A stretch of 54,440 nt of DNA from IMG/VR virus record IMGVR_UViG_3300022602_000130, positions 1 to 54,440 of that record. One strand, written 5' to 3'. The notes beneath the pieces are model-generated. The model saw only the letters and a list, made by a program, of their open reading frames with translations, was not told the DNA's origin and ran no database searches. How positions within the stretch are numbered: the first letter of the stretch is position 1; each line of letters begins with the position of its first letter. This stretch comes from a virus (lineage: Duplodnaviria > Caudoviricetes). Of the stretch, positions 38,301-46,212 are shown piece by piece. Both the position numbers and the translations under genes were made by a program.

Positions 38301-38678
38301 ACTAATGTTTATGGTGACTTTGCTGTGTATAGTCCAAAAGACTTGTTAGGTTGGACACCATTTGTTGGCGTTGTTGTTAACAATAGTAGCGTAAGCGATG
38401 GCGGCAGCAATGGTAGTGCTATTCTTGCACAAAATCCAAAAACTGGCAACTCAACAACTGCTATGCCTTATGTTGGTATTCAAAAAGAAGTTGACAGCGG
38501 CGTTGTAGTTCAAGCAAAGGTCAGTGATAGTCCTGTTTATGGCGCAGTAGGAACTGTAAAAGTTATTGCAAAAAAACAAATTGCAAAAAATACAAACTTA
38601 ACACTAACTGCTGGTTATGATAAAGGCAATCATTATGATAATGCTACAATTATGGTTGGTTTAACTTACGACTTTTAA
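35328..38678 (+). CDS. Autotransporter-like outer-membrane protein/adhesin
   Basis: Signal peptide (...ANA-Q); repeated I.N.GTIT passenger turns; Thr-rich stalk; amphipathic C-terminal strands ending in GLTYDF. Confidence 0.75.
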   Translation: MFKKLIIAIAAMAGIVASPHANAQAVYNSIATAYVTTTISQYVVFDSTMQGGGTFTFSVLAHNGGGRAGQSDTANVKIEFYNSSNQLITSTNSSYSNNLPNPNALGGNPQIDPSVPWTTLTTSATLTSQQASTVAYAKVSMYGIDGSYWAGDYGPWYRAPTLTLNGGNNLVYNPEFGPYNGITAQGWTSSPGFGACQGAWGGSNACIVNSSGQPGQSTVGLVANQNGGGPSATGGTTSGQAGGYNSTMNVSNPSGAPAATSSTNPTGTTTTFTLGQQTDTTITNNGTINITGANNNGINTTNSASTTITNGGTITTDNGTGINAQQGTGTSSNITITNSGTITANTSGSTNGNNTYSAHGIVASFNGTGSTGTATVNNTSTGTITVTNGDGVIINGYGNGILNNDGSITATPTGTNSMPGVLVGNNGTINNNGSITGDVGVDFLNSTAGSTINNNASGTITGGSGMAIVNLGTNNTGAIINNAGTITGDVQLSTSGTYNFLGNGSQVGAIRSTDATGATNVNIGTNATAATTTLQGNIGDTANTSAPIGTYGNFPRAFTFQPIGNVTINANSSLTDNTGYTINATTVTNNGTFVSGTGTTTINGAFVDNGVLSTSYNGPSYSQVSVNGGLTIGSGATYVPIIVGGQTTNVTLNSPYTSIIRASGGINGAFVATSGTIGNINWAITQNNNQIDMLWTPSVTVVGTAPGNPIVVNTVTNGATTTTTTVTNGTPTQTATIVSGTPTTTVGVGYNSNRSGSDVSVTQTVTTTVSTPYTTTVTTDTPVTTTTTNTTPVTTVTNTTPTTVTTYSDGSTTTANGATVTTSNTTNQVVSTDVITHQVSSSSTSGTQVVSTPVTSTKSAAITGVQDGIDYTNQNLFIVDPFTTPNGSWAIGTGSYGTVASGNIGSDGIAFGYQKTIDNNTVGIAGYYGQISSSGYNNSSLTGTNGSATAYVLSKQPWATIKVAGGVAYSELTNSVSIPSFGLMNSQKVKQTNVYGDFAVYSPKDLLGWTPFVGVVVNNSSVSDGGSNGSAILAQNPKTGNSTTAMPYVGIQKEVDSGVVVQAKVSDSPVYGAVGTVKVIAKKQIAKNTNLTLTAGYDKGNHYDNATIMVGLTYDF

Positions 38679-38736
38679 TTTTAGTCTTGACAATAGGGTG
38701 GCTTCGTGGTAAATTATGTATCTCGGAGCCACTTTT

Positions 38737-39102
38737 ATGGATGATGAACAAAAGCCAGATTTAGAAAAAGATTTGTATAGCAGCGAGTACATCCGTAATA
38801 AAGCGCATCGCGATGATGTATATTGTCAGCATTTATATGCAACGCTATGCAATAATGAATTTATAAAGGCAGAAGTGCTTGCAATTTTAGCAGATTGGCG
38901 TTGGAGTTGCAGTTGGCGATATGCTGGTGGAATTGCTGCTGGTTTATATGAAGGCAGTTTTAATGGCGATTATATGCGCTATTATACAGCAAGTTTAAGC
39001 GATGACGCAGTTTATATTTCCGAAGGCAGCGTTGACGAAGAAGTGCGTGAAGATTTGAAAAAAATCGGTTGGTATGTAGTAGAAAACGGGGTAAATATAT
39101 AA
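38737..39102 (+). CDS. Conserved phage hypothetical protein
   Basis: TTGACA promoter and GGAG; YATLCNNEF...WSCSWRYAGG. Confidence 0.7.
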   Translation: MDDEQKPDLEKDLYSSEYIRNKAHRDDVYCQHLYATLCNNEFIKAEVLAILADWRWSCSWRYAGGIAAGLYEGSFNGDYMRYYTASLSDDAVYISEGSVDEEVREDLKKIGWYVVENGVNI

Positions 39103-40628
39103 TGTTCTTAAACATTTTAGCACTTTTAAGTGCAATTAGTATTAGTGGCGTTGCTGCATATTATAGTATTGCTGGTTTAACTGCTATCTTTAGTGGAGCC
39201 GTTATTCCTATTATCATTATGGGCGGCGTATTAGAATTTGGTAAAATTATTACCACTGTATGGCTGCACCAAAACTGGAACCGTGTAAATTTTCTTGTTA
39301 AGTGGTATCTTTGTGTTGCTGTTGTCGTGCTTATGTTTGTAACAAGTATGGGTATCTTTGGATTCCTATCTCGTGCTCATATTGAAACCACAAGTAGTGT
39401 AGGCGATAACACACTGCTTATTGAACAAATTGACCAGAATCTTGCGGTAGAGCAACAACGAATTAAAGATAATCAGGCTGTTATCAAACAGATGGATGAT
39501 GCAGTCAATGGTCTATTGAGTGGCAGTGCAAGTAATGCTACAAAAGATAATAATCGCACAGCAACTCTTACTACACAAGCAACCAAGCTGCGTGATAGTC
39601 AAAAGAAAGACCGTGAAGCGGCTAACAAGACTATTGATGAAACCAATAAGCGCATACAGGATTTGAATGCTCAAAAGCTTAAACTTAATCAAGCACAACT
39701 AAAAGTTGAAGCCGAAGTTGGACCAATTAAATACATTGCTCAACTAATATACGGAGATAATGTTGATAAGTCTTTACTTGAACGAGCCGTTCGATGGGTT
39801 ATTATTTGTATTGTTGCTGTTTTTGATCCTCTTGCGGTCTCTTTGGTTCTCGGTGCAACAATGGGCATCGCTGGACGCCGAAAAGAACACGAACCACAAA
39901 TAGCCGTCACAGAAAAAATTGTAGAAGTTCCAGTTGAAAAAATTGTAACCGTATATAATAATGATGCTGTTATTCGTGCAGAAGAATTGCAAGCAGAATT
40001 AGAAGAACTGCGCAATCGTGAACCAGAAGTGGTTGAGCGTGTTATTAAACAAGCAGTTCCAATTTATCGCAATGTTGTTGTTGAAAAAATAGTAGAAGTT
40101 CCATCAGTATCTACAGTTGAACGAGTAGTTGAAGTTCCTGTTGAAACTGTCGTTGAAAGAGTAGTTGAAGTTCCTGTTGAAACTATTCGTGAAGTTGAAA
40201 AAATTGTGGACAATACTGATAACAAAACCCTAATGGATTTAACCGTTGCTCTTGATCAACTTCTAAAAGAAGTAGATAGCAAGAACCGAGAAATCAATCA
40301 ACTTAAAGCAGAACGCGAATTATATCGTGAAGAAGCAGCAGGCATTGATGCACGAGCATATCTGCTTGATGTAGATACCGATATGGTTGGACCAAACCTA
40401 CCACAAAATCCATATGTAGGTCAGCTTTTTATTCTGGTATCACAGCCAAATAATTTATATAAATGGAATGGTACAGAGTGGATTATTGTTGACAAACAAC
40501 AAAACACAAGCTATACTGATAATGTAAATTGGAAGCATTGGCAATTGGGCAGATTACAACGCAGAGAAGTTGAATACGAAGATATGACCACTGCTGAACA
40601 AAGTGCTATTGATAGTTTAGGTCAATGA
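39102..40628 (+). CDS. Membrane protein with a coiled coil and VE(K/R)(I/V)VEVP repeats
   Basis: Three N-terminal TM helices, a coiled coil, a further TM, then repeats. Confidence 0.8.
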   Translation: MFLNILALLSAISISGVAAYYSIAGLTAIFSGAVIPIIIMGGVLEFGKIITTVWLHQNWNRVNFLVKWYLCVAVVVLMFVTSMGIFGFLSRAHIETTSSVGDNTLLIEQIDQNLAVEQQRIKDNQAVIKQMDDAVNGLLSGSASNATKDNNRTATLTTQATKLRDSQKKDREAANKTIDETNKRIQDLNAQKLKLNQAQLKVEAEVGPIKYIAQLIYGDNVDKSLLERAVRWVIICIVAVFDPLAVSLVLGATMGIAGRRKEHEPQIAVTEKIVEVPVEKIVTVYNNDAVIRAEELQAELEELRNREPEVVERVIKQAVPIYRNVVVEKIVEVPSVSTVERVVEVPVETVVERVVEVPVETIREVEKIVDNTDNKTLMDLTVALDQLLKEVDSKNREINQLKAERELYREEAAGIDARAYLLDVDTDMVGPNLPQNPYVGQLFILVSQPNNLYKWNGTEWIIVDKQQNTSYTDNVNWKHWQLGRLQRREVEYEDMTTAEQSAIDSLGQ

Positions 40629-41029
40629 ACGATAGTCGTATTGTAACTGCACCAGATATGGACTTGGACAAACGGTTCAAGCTTTTACTTGTTGATGTTG
40701 AATGGAGCGATATAGAACGCTTGAGCACAACTATCAATAATCTTGAAATAGATATTACACTATTTTTATATGGTAGCAAAGATGAAGATGATGCCTGGTG
40801 CATCAATGCACAAAAGCATTCCTATGCTACACTAATAAATTCACGATTTAGCGGCAACAAAGAACAGCTTAAAGGCTATTTGCTCGCTCAACCTAATTGT
40901 TGGTCATTAGGTGCCAACAAGATTGCCGAATATTGTCATCGTCAAACTTTTGACATATATACTTGGCTAATTCAACAACATACAAATTATATCAAAGAGG
41001 AAAATAATGTCACAACGACCAGAACTTGA
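40625..41029 (+). CDS. Hypothetical protein
   Basis: ATGA-coupled 134-aa ORF. Confidence 0.65.
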   Translation: MNDSRIVTAPDMDLDKRFKLLLVDVEWSDIERLSTTINNLEIDITLFLYGSKDEDDAWCINAQKHSYATLINSRFSGNKEQLKGYLLAQPNCWSLGANKIAEYCHRQTFDIYTWLIQQHTNYIKEENNVTTTRT

Positions 41030-41255
41030 AAATGTTAAACAACGTGGATTCTTTGTAGAAGTCCATAATAATGATGTCAACAAGGCACTTCGCAAGATGA
41101 AGAAGATGCTACAACAAGATGGCATCTTCCAGACACTGCGTGAGCGTGAACGCTTTGAACAACCAAGCATGAAGCGCAAGAAAGCAAAGGCTCGTGCAGC
41201 CAAGCGTTGGCAAAAGAAGTTGAAAGAACTTCGCAATAGCGGCATCGCTCGTTAA
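41007..41255 (+). CDS. rpsU: Ribosomal protein bS21
   Basis: VEVHNNDVNKALRKMKK...GIF...RERFEQPSMKRKK; GAGG upstream. Confidence 0.9.
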   Translation: MSQRPELENVKQRGFFVEVHNNDVNKALRKMKKMLQQDGIFQTLRERERFEQPSMKRKKAKARAAKRWQKKLKELRNSGIAR

Positions 41256-41269
41256 TCAATAGGTGAATA

Positions 41270-42373
41270 ATGCGTATTATCAACGATCAAAAGTTGGATT
41301 TCTCCGACGTTCTAATCTTACCTAAACGGTCCACTTTAACAAGCCGTGAAGAAGTATCCCTAGAACGAACTTTTACATTTCGTAATAGTCATCGTTATTG
41401 GTCTGGCATAGGAATTATGGCGGCAAATATGGATGGCGTTGGAACGCTTGAAATGGCAGAAAAACTTGCCACTTATAGAATGTTCACTTGTTTGCGTAAA
41501 AATTATAGCACAGAAGACCTTATCCTATGGATTGGTCGCACTGGATACAAAATTCAGGAATATTGGGCTTATGGACTTGGTATCAAAGATGACGACTATG
41601 AAAAGTTTAAACTTGTTGTAAGCAAGTTGCCAAAAGATAATATCAAGTTTGTTTGCATTGATGTTGCTAATGGTTATACAGAACGATTTGTAGAATTTAT
41701 TAAACGTTTCCGTAATGAAAATCCTGACCTAATTATTATTGCTGGTAATGTAGTCACTGGTGAGATGTGTGAGGAGTTATTGCTTGTAGGAGCAGATATT
41801 ATTAAAGTTGGTATTGGTCCTGGCAGTGTCTGTACTACTCGTCTCAAAACGGGTGTGGGTTATCCACAGCTTAGTGCTATTATTGAGTGTGCTGATGCTG
41901 CTCATGGGCTTGGCGGACATATCATTAGTGATGGTGGTTGCACTTGTCCTGGCGATGTGTCTAAGGCTTTTGGGGCTGGCGCAGACTTCGTAATGTTGGG
42001 GGGACTTTTAGCTGGTCACGATCAAGGCGGCGGTGATATTGTATCACAAACCACTCGCAGTAACCAAGTATGGATACAAGATGATGGCACACCAGACGAT
42101 ATCTTTACTACGCAGCAGTTTGTAAAGTTTTATGGCATGAGCAGCAAATCTGCTAATGAAAAGCATAGCGGTGGGCTTAAATCCTATCGTGCAGCAGAAG
42201 GCAAAGAAGTTGCTGTGCCATATCGTGGCGATGTGGGCGATACCGTTCAAGATATTCTTGGTGGAATAAGAAGCACTCTAACTTATACGGGCAGCAAGTC
42301 ACTAAAAGAACTATCTAAACGCACAACTTTTATTCGTGTAAATAATCAAGTCAACAATGTTTTTGGAAAGTAA
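41270..42373 (+). CDS. guaC: GMP reductase
   Basis: [52 protein letters not shown]. Confidence 0.95.
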   Translation: MRIINDQKLDFSDVLILPKRSTLTSREEVSLERTFTFRNSHRYWSGIGIMAANMDGVGTLEMAEKLATYRMFTCLRKNYSTEDLILWIGRTGYKIQEYWAYGLGIKDDDYEKFKLVVSKLPKDNIKFVCIDVANGYTERFVEFIKRFRNENPDLIIIAGNVVTGEMCEELLLVGADIIKVGIGPGSVCTTRLKTGVGYPQLSAIIECADAAHGLGGHIISDGGCTCPGDVSKAFGAGADFVMLGGLLAGHDQGGGDIVSQTTRSNQVWIQDDGTPDDIFTTQQFVKFYGMSSKSANEKHSGGLKSYRAAEGKEVAVPYRGDVGDTVQDILGGIRSTLTYTGSKSLKELSKRTTFIRVNNQVNNVFGK

Positions 42374-42900
42374 TGACTGATTTACCAAAAGGTTTTTATG
42401 TCTATCAATATATCCGTGAAGATGGAACCCCTTACTATATTGGCAAGGGAAAAGATAATCGTGCTTGGATAAAACACAAAAATGTTGAAATTCCCACAGA
42501 TAAAAAACATATCAATATTATTGTAGACAATTTATCCGAACTAGAAGCATTTGAAATTGAAATGCGATTGATATGGCACTATGGCAGAAAAATATTCGGA
42601 ACTGGGATTTTAGAAAATATAACAGATGGGTCGGAAAGTTTTCATTTAGCAAAAGGAAGAGTTAAAAAGAGACAAACTACTGGACGATGCCAAGGTAGGT
42701 TTCCAATTGATGTTATTGCACCAGATGCTGTTGCCTACGCAAGAAAATTAAATTCTGATCAAAAAAGAAAACCATCTTTAAGAAAAATAGCAGCAGCTTT
42801 GGCAGATGCTGGTTTTTTAACTGAAAGTGGTAAAACATATTCAGCCACAACAATTCGAGCAATGTTAAAAAAAGATGCTAAAAAAGTTGAAAACCCTTGA
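42373..42900 (+). CDS. GIY-YIG-like endonuclease with a C-terminal HTH
   Basis: FYVYQY...PYYIGKG..R, E...I, LENITDG; SLRKIAAAL...G..YSATTIRAML. Confidence 0.75.
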   Translation: MTDLPKGFYVYQYIREDGTPYYIGKGKDNRAWIKHKNVEIPTDKKHINIIVDNLSELEAFEIEMRLIWHYGRKIFGTGILENITDGSESFHLAKGRVKKRQTTGRCQGRFPIDVIAPDAVAYARKLNSDQKRKPSLRKIAAALADAGFLTESGKTYSATTIRAMLKKDAKKVENP

Positions 42901-42929
42901 CAAATGACATATGAATTACTAAATATATA

Positions 42930-42980
42930 TAGACGATGCCAATGATGGGTCGTCTACAGTATACTCGCTTAATAAAGGAG
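42930..42980 (+). promoter_or_regulatory. Structured 5' leader of hsp20 (possible RNA thermometer)
   Basis: Hairpin TAGACGA/TCGTCTA; CTCGCTT can pair with the SD AAGGAG. Confidence 0.55.
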
Positions 42981-42988
42981 AAACAAGC

Positions 42989-43429
42989 ATGAGTAACCTT
43001 CTACAGGTCTTCGACCAAAAACTTTTTGATAACCTTCACCGTACATCTATTGGATTTGAGCGTATTTTTGATGATATGCTTCGTGTGAATAGTATCAATG
43101 TTCAGCAAAGTTATCCACCATACAACATTATCCGCAATAGTGAAACCAATTACCAAATTGAAATTGCGGTAAGTGGATTTAGCGATGATGATATTGACAT
43201 CACGCTTAAGGATAACCAACTTGTAATTACAGGTGAAATTAAGAGCGACGATACCAAGGAATTTGTATTCCGTGGTATTGCAAGTCGCAAGTTCATCCGT
43301 ACATTCTCACTTGCTGACAATATGGAAGTTAAGACTGCAAAGATGCAAAACGGCTTGCTTGTTGTTGATTTGGAATTTCATATTCCAGAGGAACAAAAGC
43401 CAAAGAAAATTGCTATTGCAAAATCCTAA
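42989..43429 (+). CDS. Small heat-shock protein (Hsp20/IbpA-like)
   Basis: SYPPYNI, IEIAVSGF, FRGIASRKF.RTFSL, NGLL, PEEQKPKKI.I. Confidence 0.95.
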   Translation: MSNLLQVFDQKLFDNLHRTSIGFERIFDDMLRVNSINVQQSYPPYNIIRNSETNYQIEIAVSGFSDDDIDITLKDNQLVITGEIKSDDTKEFVFRGIASRKFIRTFSLADNMEVKTAKMQNGLLVVDLEFHIPEEQKPKKIAIAKS

Positions 43430-43449
43430 AAACTATGATACTATAAAAT

Positions 43450-43474
43450 CACAGTGGGCATTCCGCCCACTGTG
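43450..43474 (+). terminator. Stable hairpin after hsp20 (terminator or processing site)
   Basis: CACAGTGGGC-ATTCC-GCCCACTGTG; weak U-tract. Confidence 0.55.
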
Positions 43475-43484
43475 TTAAATATAA

Positions 43485-43811
43485 ATGATGGCAAAAATGA
43501 GCACAGAAGTAGAAACACGTTCTAAAGTTAAAATTGCACCACGCAATGACTTAACCGCACCGCCAAAATATAAAGTCATTTTCATGAATGACAATGTAAC
43601 ATCTGTTGATTTTGTAATCGCGGTTTTACAAGAAATTTTTGAACATAATTATGATACTGCTTTTGAATTGACTCAAAAAATTCATAATGAAGGCAGTGCA
43701 AGTGTTGCAGTTTTACCATTTGAAATTGCAGAAAGCAAAGCAGTAGAAACTACTATACTTGCTCGCACTAACAGCTTTCCACTTAATGTAAAGATTGAAC
43801 CTGAATCTTAA
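43485..43811 (+). CDS. clpS: ATP-dependent Clp protease adaptor ClpS
   Basis: PPKYKVIFMNDNVT..DFV..VL..IF...IH.EG.A...EIAE.K...FPL. Confidence 0.92.
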   Translation: MMAKMSTEVETRSKVKIAPRNDLTAPPKYKVIFMNDNVTSVDFVIAVLQEIFEHNYDTAFELTQKIHNEGSASVAVLPFEIAESKAVETTILARTNSFPLNVKIEPES

Positions 43812-44584
43812 ACTTTAATTAGTTTTGGAAAGTAAACGCTTCCAATACCTTCTTCGGGACGACCGCGTGGGTGGCAAATATAACGAATACCATCCACTGT
43901 TTCGTCAATTTCAGTATGTTCGTGACCAAAACACCAAGCTTTAATCTTGTGATTAGTATTAGCTAATAACACAGTTTGCATCAAACTATTTCCACTGCGT
44001 CCTAAATGTCGCTTGTCCATATCATCTGGAACAAAGCGGAATCGTCTTAACGGTGCAGTATGCGTCACTACAACAATATTGGTAATTCGTGGATCATCAT
44101 TGAACGTTTCTACTTGGCTATATAAATTTCTGGCTTCAATTTTTGCAATAGCCATTATCTCTGCCATTTTATCTTCATTATAGCCATTAGCTACCAAGTA
44201 GTCCCAACATTCTACAACCGATGTTTCTGGCATACCAAAATCATATGTCCACCAACCATTGCAGCCAACAAACGCAGTATCATCTAAAATAATAACATTT
44301 TTATGTAAAAATGTAATGTTATTATGTTGATTTATTTTTTCTTGAAATTCTGCACAGTGTTTATGCAAATGCGGCTGATAGCCATGTTCGTGGTTGCCAT
44401 CTACAAAAACAACATGGCGATAATGTTTGCTAATTTCAATTAGCTTTTTGTAACTATAATCCCAATCGTTGCTGATATCACCAGCAACTACTGCTACTAA
44501 ACTTGTGCCTAACCCTTCCCATTTAAGGTTTTGTTCTGGTGGCCAAAAATTTTCGTGCAAATCGGATATTAAATCAAAGTGCAT
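43808..44584 (-). CDS. Calcineurin-like metallophosphoesterase
   Basis: SDLH, AGDI, DGNHE, THTAP, FGHEH. Confidence 0.88.
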   Translation of the reverse strand: MHFDLISDLHENFWPPEQNLKWEGLGTSLVAVVAGDISNDWDYSYKKLIEISKHYRHVVFVDGNHEHGYQPHLHKHCAEFQEKINQHNNITFLHKNVIILDDTAFVGCNGWWTYDFGMPETSVVECWDYLVANGYNEDKMAEIMAIAKIEARNLYSQVETFNDDPRITNIVVVTHTAPLRRFRFVPDDMDKRHLGRSGNSLMQTVLLANTNHKIKAWCFGHEHTEIDETVDGIRYICHPRGRPEEGIGSVYFPKLIKV

Positions 44585-44624
44585 TTTTTATTGCTTTCCA
44601 ATAATAATTATATATAATTATGAC

Positions 44625-44993
44625 ATGAACATAATTTTTAATCAACAAATCGCAGACGATCTGCGTGAAAAATATGTAATTTTAGAATTAGATACAGTTA
44701 TGCAACCTGCATTGACTGAACCACTTAAGCTACATGCTCTCGTGGAAATTGCTGTAAATGATATTCCAACTATAAATTTTTTCCGCGAAATGCACAGCGA
44801 CATGATTACTGCCTATAAAAGCGGCAATTGGACCCGTGCTATTGAATTGGCAAGCGGATTGCTTGGACAATTTAATGGAGAAATTGACGAATTTTATAAT
44901 TTAGTTATTGACTTTTGCCAGGAATCTGCTAAATTAAATAGAACTTGGGATGGCATTAAGCACACAATCCCAAAAGAGGAAGTTGGAAAATGA
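44625..44993 (+). CDS. Protein resembling the C-terminal part of class III nucleotide cyclases
   Basis: LELDTV...EPL...Y..GNW..A...FY...WDGI; leaderless TATAAT-N6-ATG. Confidence 0.55.
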   Translation: MNIIFNQQIADDLREKYVILELDTVMQPALTEPLKLHALVEIAVNDIPTINFFREMHSDMITAYKSGNWTRAIELASGLLGQFNGEIDEFYNLVIDFCQESAKLNRTWDGIKHTIPKEEVGK

Positions 44994-45163
44994 AAAAAAT
45001 CGCATTGGTATTGGCAATATTACTGGCAAGTGGTTCTGCGTATGCAGATAGCGTTCCGCTGCCGCCACATAAGCATGATGGTCATCATCACAAGCACCAT
45101 CATAAGCATCATGGTCATCATCACAAGCACCACAAGCATCACAAGAAAGTGGTTGCTAACTAA
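44990..45163 (+). CDS. Secreted poly-histidine peptide (57 aa, not in the ORF track)
   Basis: MKKIALVLAILLASGSAYA-DSVPLPPHKHDGHHHKHHHKHHGHHHKHHKHHKKVVAN; GAGG upstream. Confidence 0.8.
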   Translation: MKKIALVLAILLASGSAYADSVPLPPHKHDGHHHKHHHKHHGHHHKHHKHHKKVVAN

Positions 45164-45171
45164 TTTAATAG

Positions 45172-45253
45172 GCTGGGTTGGCACAGCGGCGACTGCACCT
45201 CTTTTGTAAGGAGGAATACCACATCGGGAGTTCGAGTCTCTCACCCAGCACCA
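45172..45253 (+). tRNA. tRNA-Thr (UGU) with an unusually long variable region
   Basis: Acceptor GCTGGGT/ACCCAGC-A-CCA; anticodon arm CCTCT-TTTGTAA-GGAGG; T-arm GGGAG-TTCGAGT-CTCTC. Confidence 0.88.
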
Positions 45254-45269
45254 TCTTTTAGGAACGCAA

Positions 45270-46055
45270 ATGAAACATTACTATTTTATGGATTGTAAGT
45301 TAAATCGTTACCTTCGGCAGAAGTTTGGCATTGAAAAGCCATATGCGCTTGAATGGGGTGGTTGGGATAAGTGGAATGCTGAACTGAAAGTATCAAAGCC
45401 ACTTGCTTACTTTTTAACTGAAACTGTTCCACACTTTTTAGATGATGTTCATTATAGCATAACTGAAACTTGGAATAAACCAAAACGCTATATCCGCAAT
45501 CGTTTTATTGACAGGTTGCATATGCTGCCTACTGGACTTGAAAAGGGTGTATGGTGGGATTGTGATAGTCGTTTAGAAGGCGCGCTTCGTCAATTGATTA
45601 TTGACTTTGTTGAGATTGAACTTGCCCACATGCACGATTGGAAGCGTGAAATGAAGTGGGTCAACGGTCGTTGTCCAGAAGCAGGTTTGGGTTATCTTGG
45701 TTGGGCAAAAGAACTCAAATATGATGAAAATAGTGGCAGTTCAGAAGGCGACAAGTATTATGGTAAGCCTACACAACAATCTATTGATAGTATTAAAATA
45801 GCGCAAATCTATGATTGGTGCAAGAACATTCGTCCAAATCGTCCTGATGCAATGGATGTTAGCGGTTGGAGTGCACATTGTGATGCACTTCGTGATGAAG
45901 GTGTTGGATTTTTTTCACAACCAAAAACCGCAGAAGAACGCAAGCGTGGCGATAAAGCACTTAAACTTCTTCGTAAAATTGAAGCAGATTATGATCGTGA
46001 AGATACAGAAATGTATATTCGCATTATTAAAGTTCGTAAGGCACTGTGGACTTAA
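45270..46055 (+). CDS. Conserved phage hypothetical protein
   Basis: 261 aa, Trp-rich, ends in RIIKVRKALWT; AGGA upstream. Confidence 0.75.
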   Translation: MKHYYFMDCKLNRYLRQKFGIEKPYALEWGGWDKWNAELKVSKPLAYFLTETVPHFLDDVHYSITETWNKPKRYIRNRFIDRLHMLPTGLEKGVWWDCDSRLEGALRQLIIDFVEIELAHMHDWKREMKWVNGRCPEAGLGYLGWAKELKYDENSGSSEGDKYYGKPTQQSIDSIKIAQIYDWCKNIRPNRPDAMDVSGWSAHCDALRDEGVGFFSQPKTAEERKRGDKALKLLRKIEADYDREDTEMYIRIIKVRKALWT

Positions 46056-46062
46056 ATAGTAG

Positions 46063-46209
46063 ATGAAATCAACCGCACGGCATGTAGGCAGCGTAAATCT
46101 ACGAGGCAAAAAATATAAACTATTAAGTTGCGGTTGCTGTGAGGCACAGAACTTTAAAGATCGTGAGTTGAAACGCGAACATCTTAAACAAATAAAAGAA
46201 AGTTATTAA
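46063..46209 (+). CDS. Small basic protein (48 aa, not in the ORF track)
   Basis: TAAATA-N4-ATG; LRGKKYKLLSCGCC. Confidence 0.55.
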   Translation: MKSTARHVGSVNLRGKKYKLLSCGCCEAQNFKDRELKREHLKQIKESY

Positions 46210-46212
46210 GGA

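Noticed and set aside
45020-45244. Met/Val-rich minus-strand ORF in the track
   Set aside because: Antisense shadow of the His-rich peptide (CAT/CAC) and the tRNA
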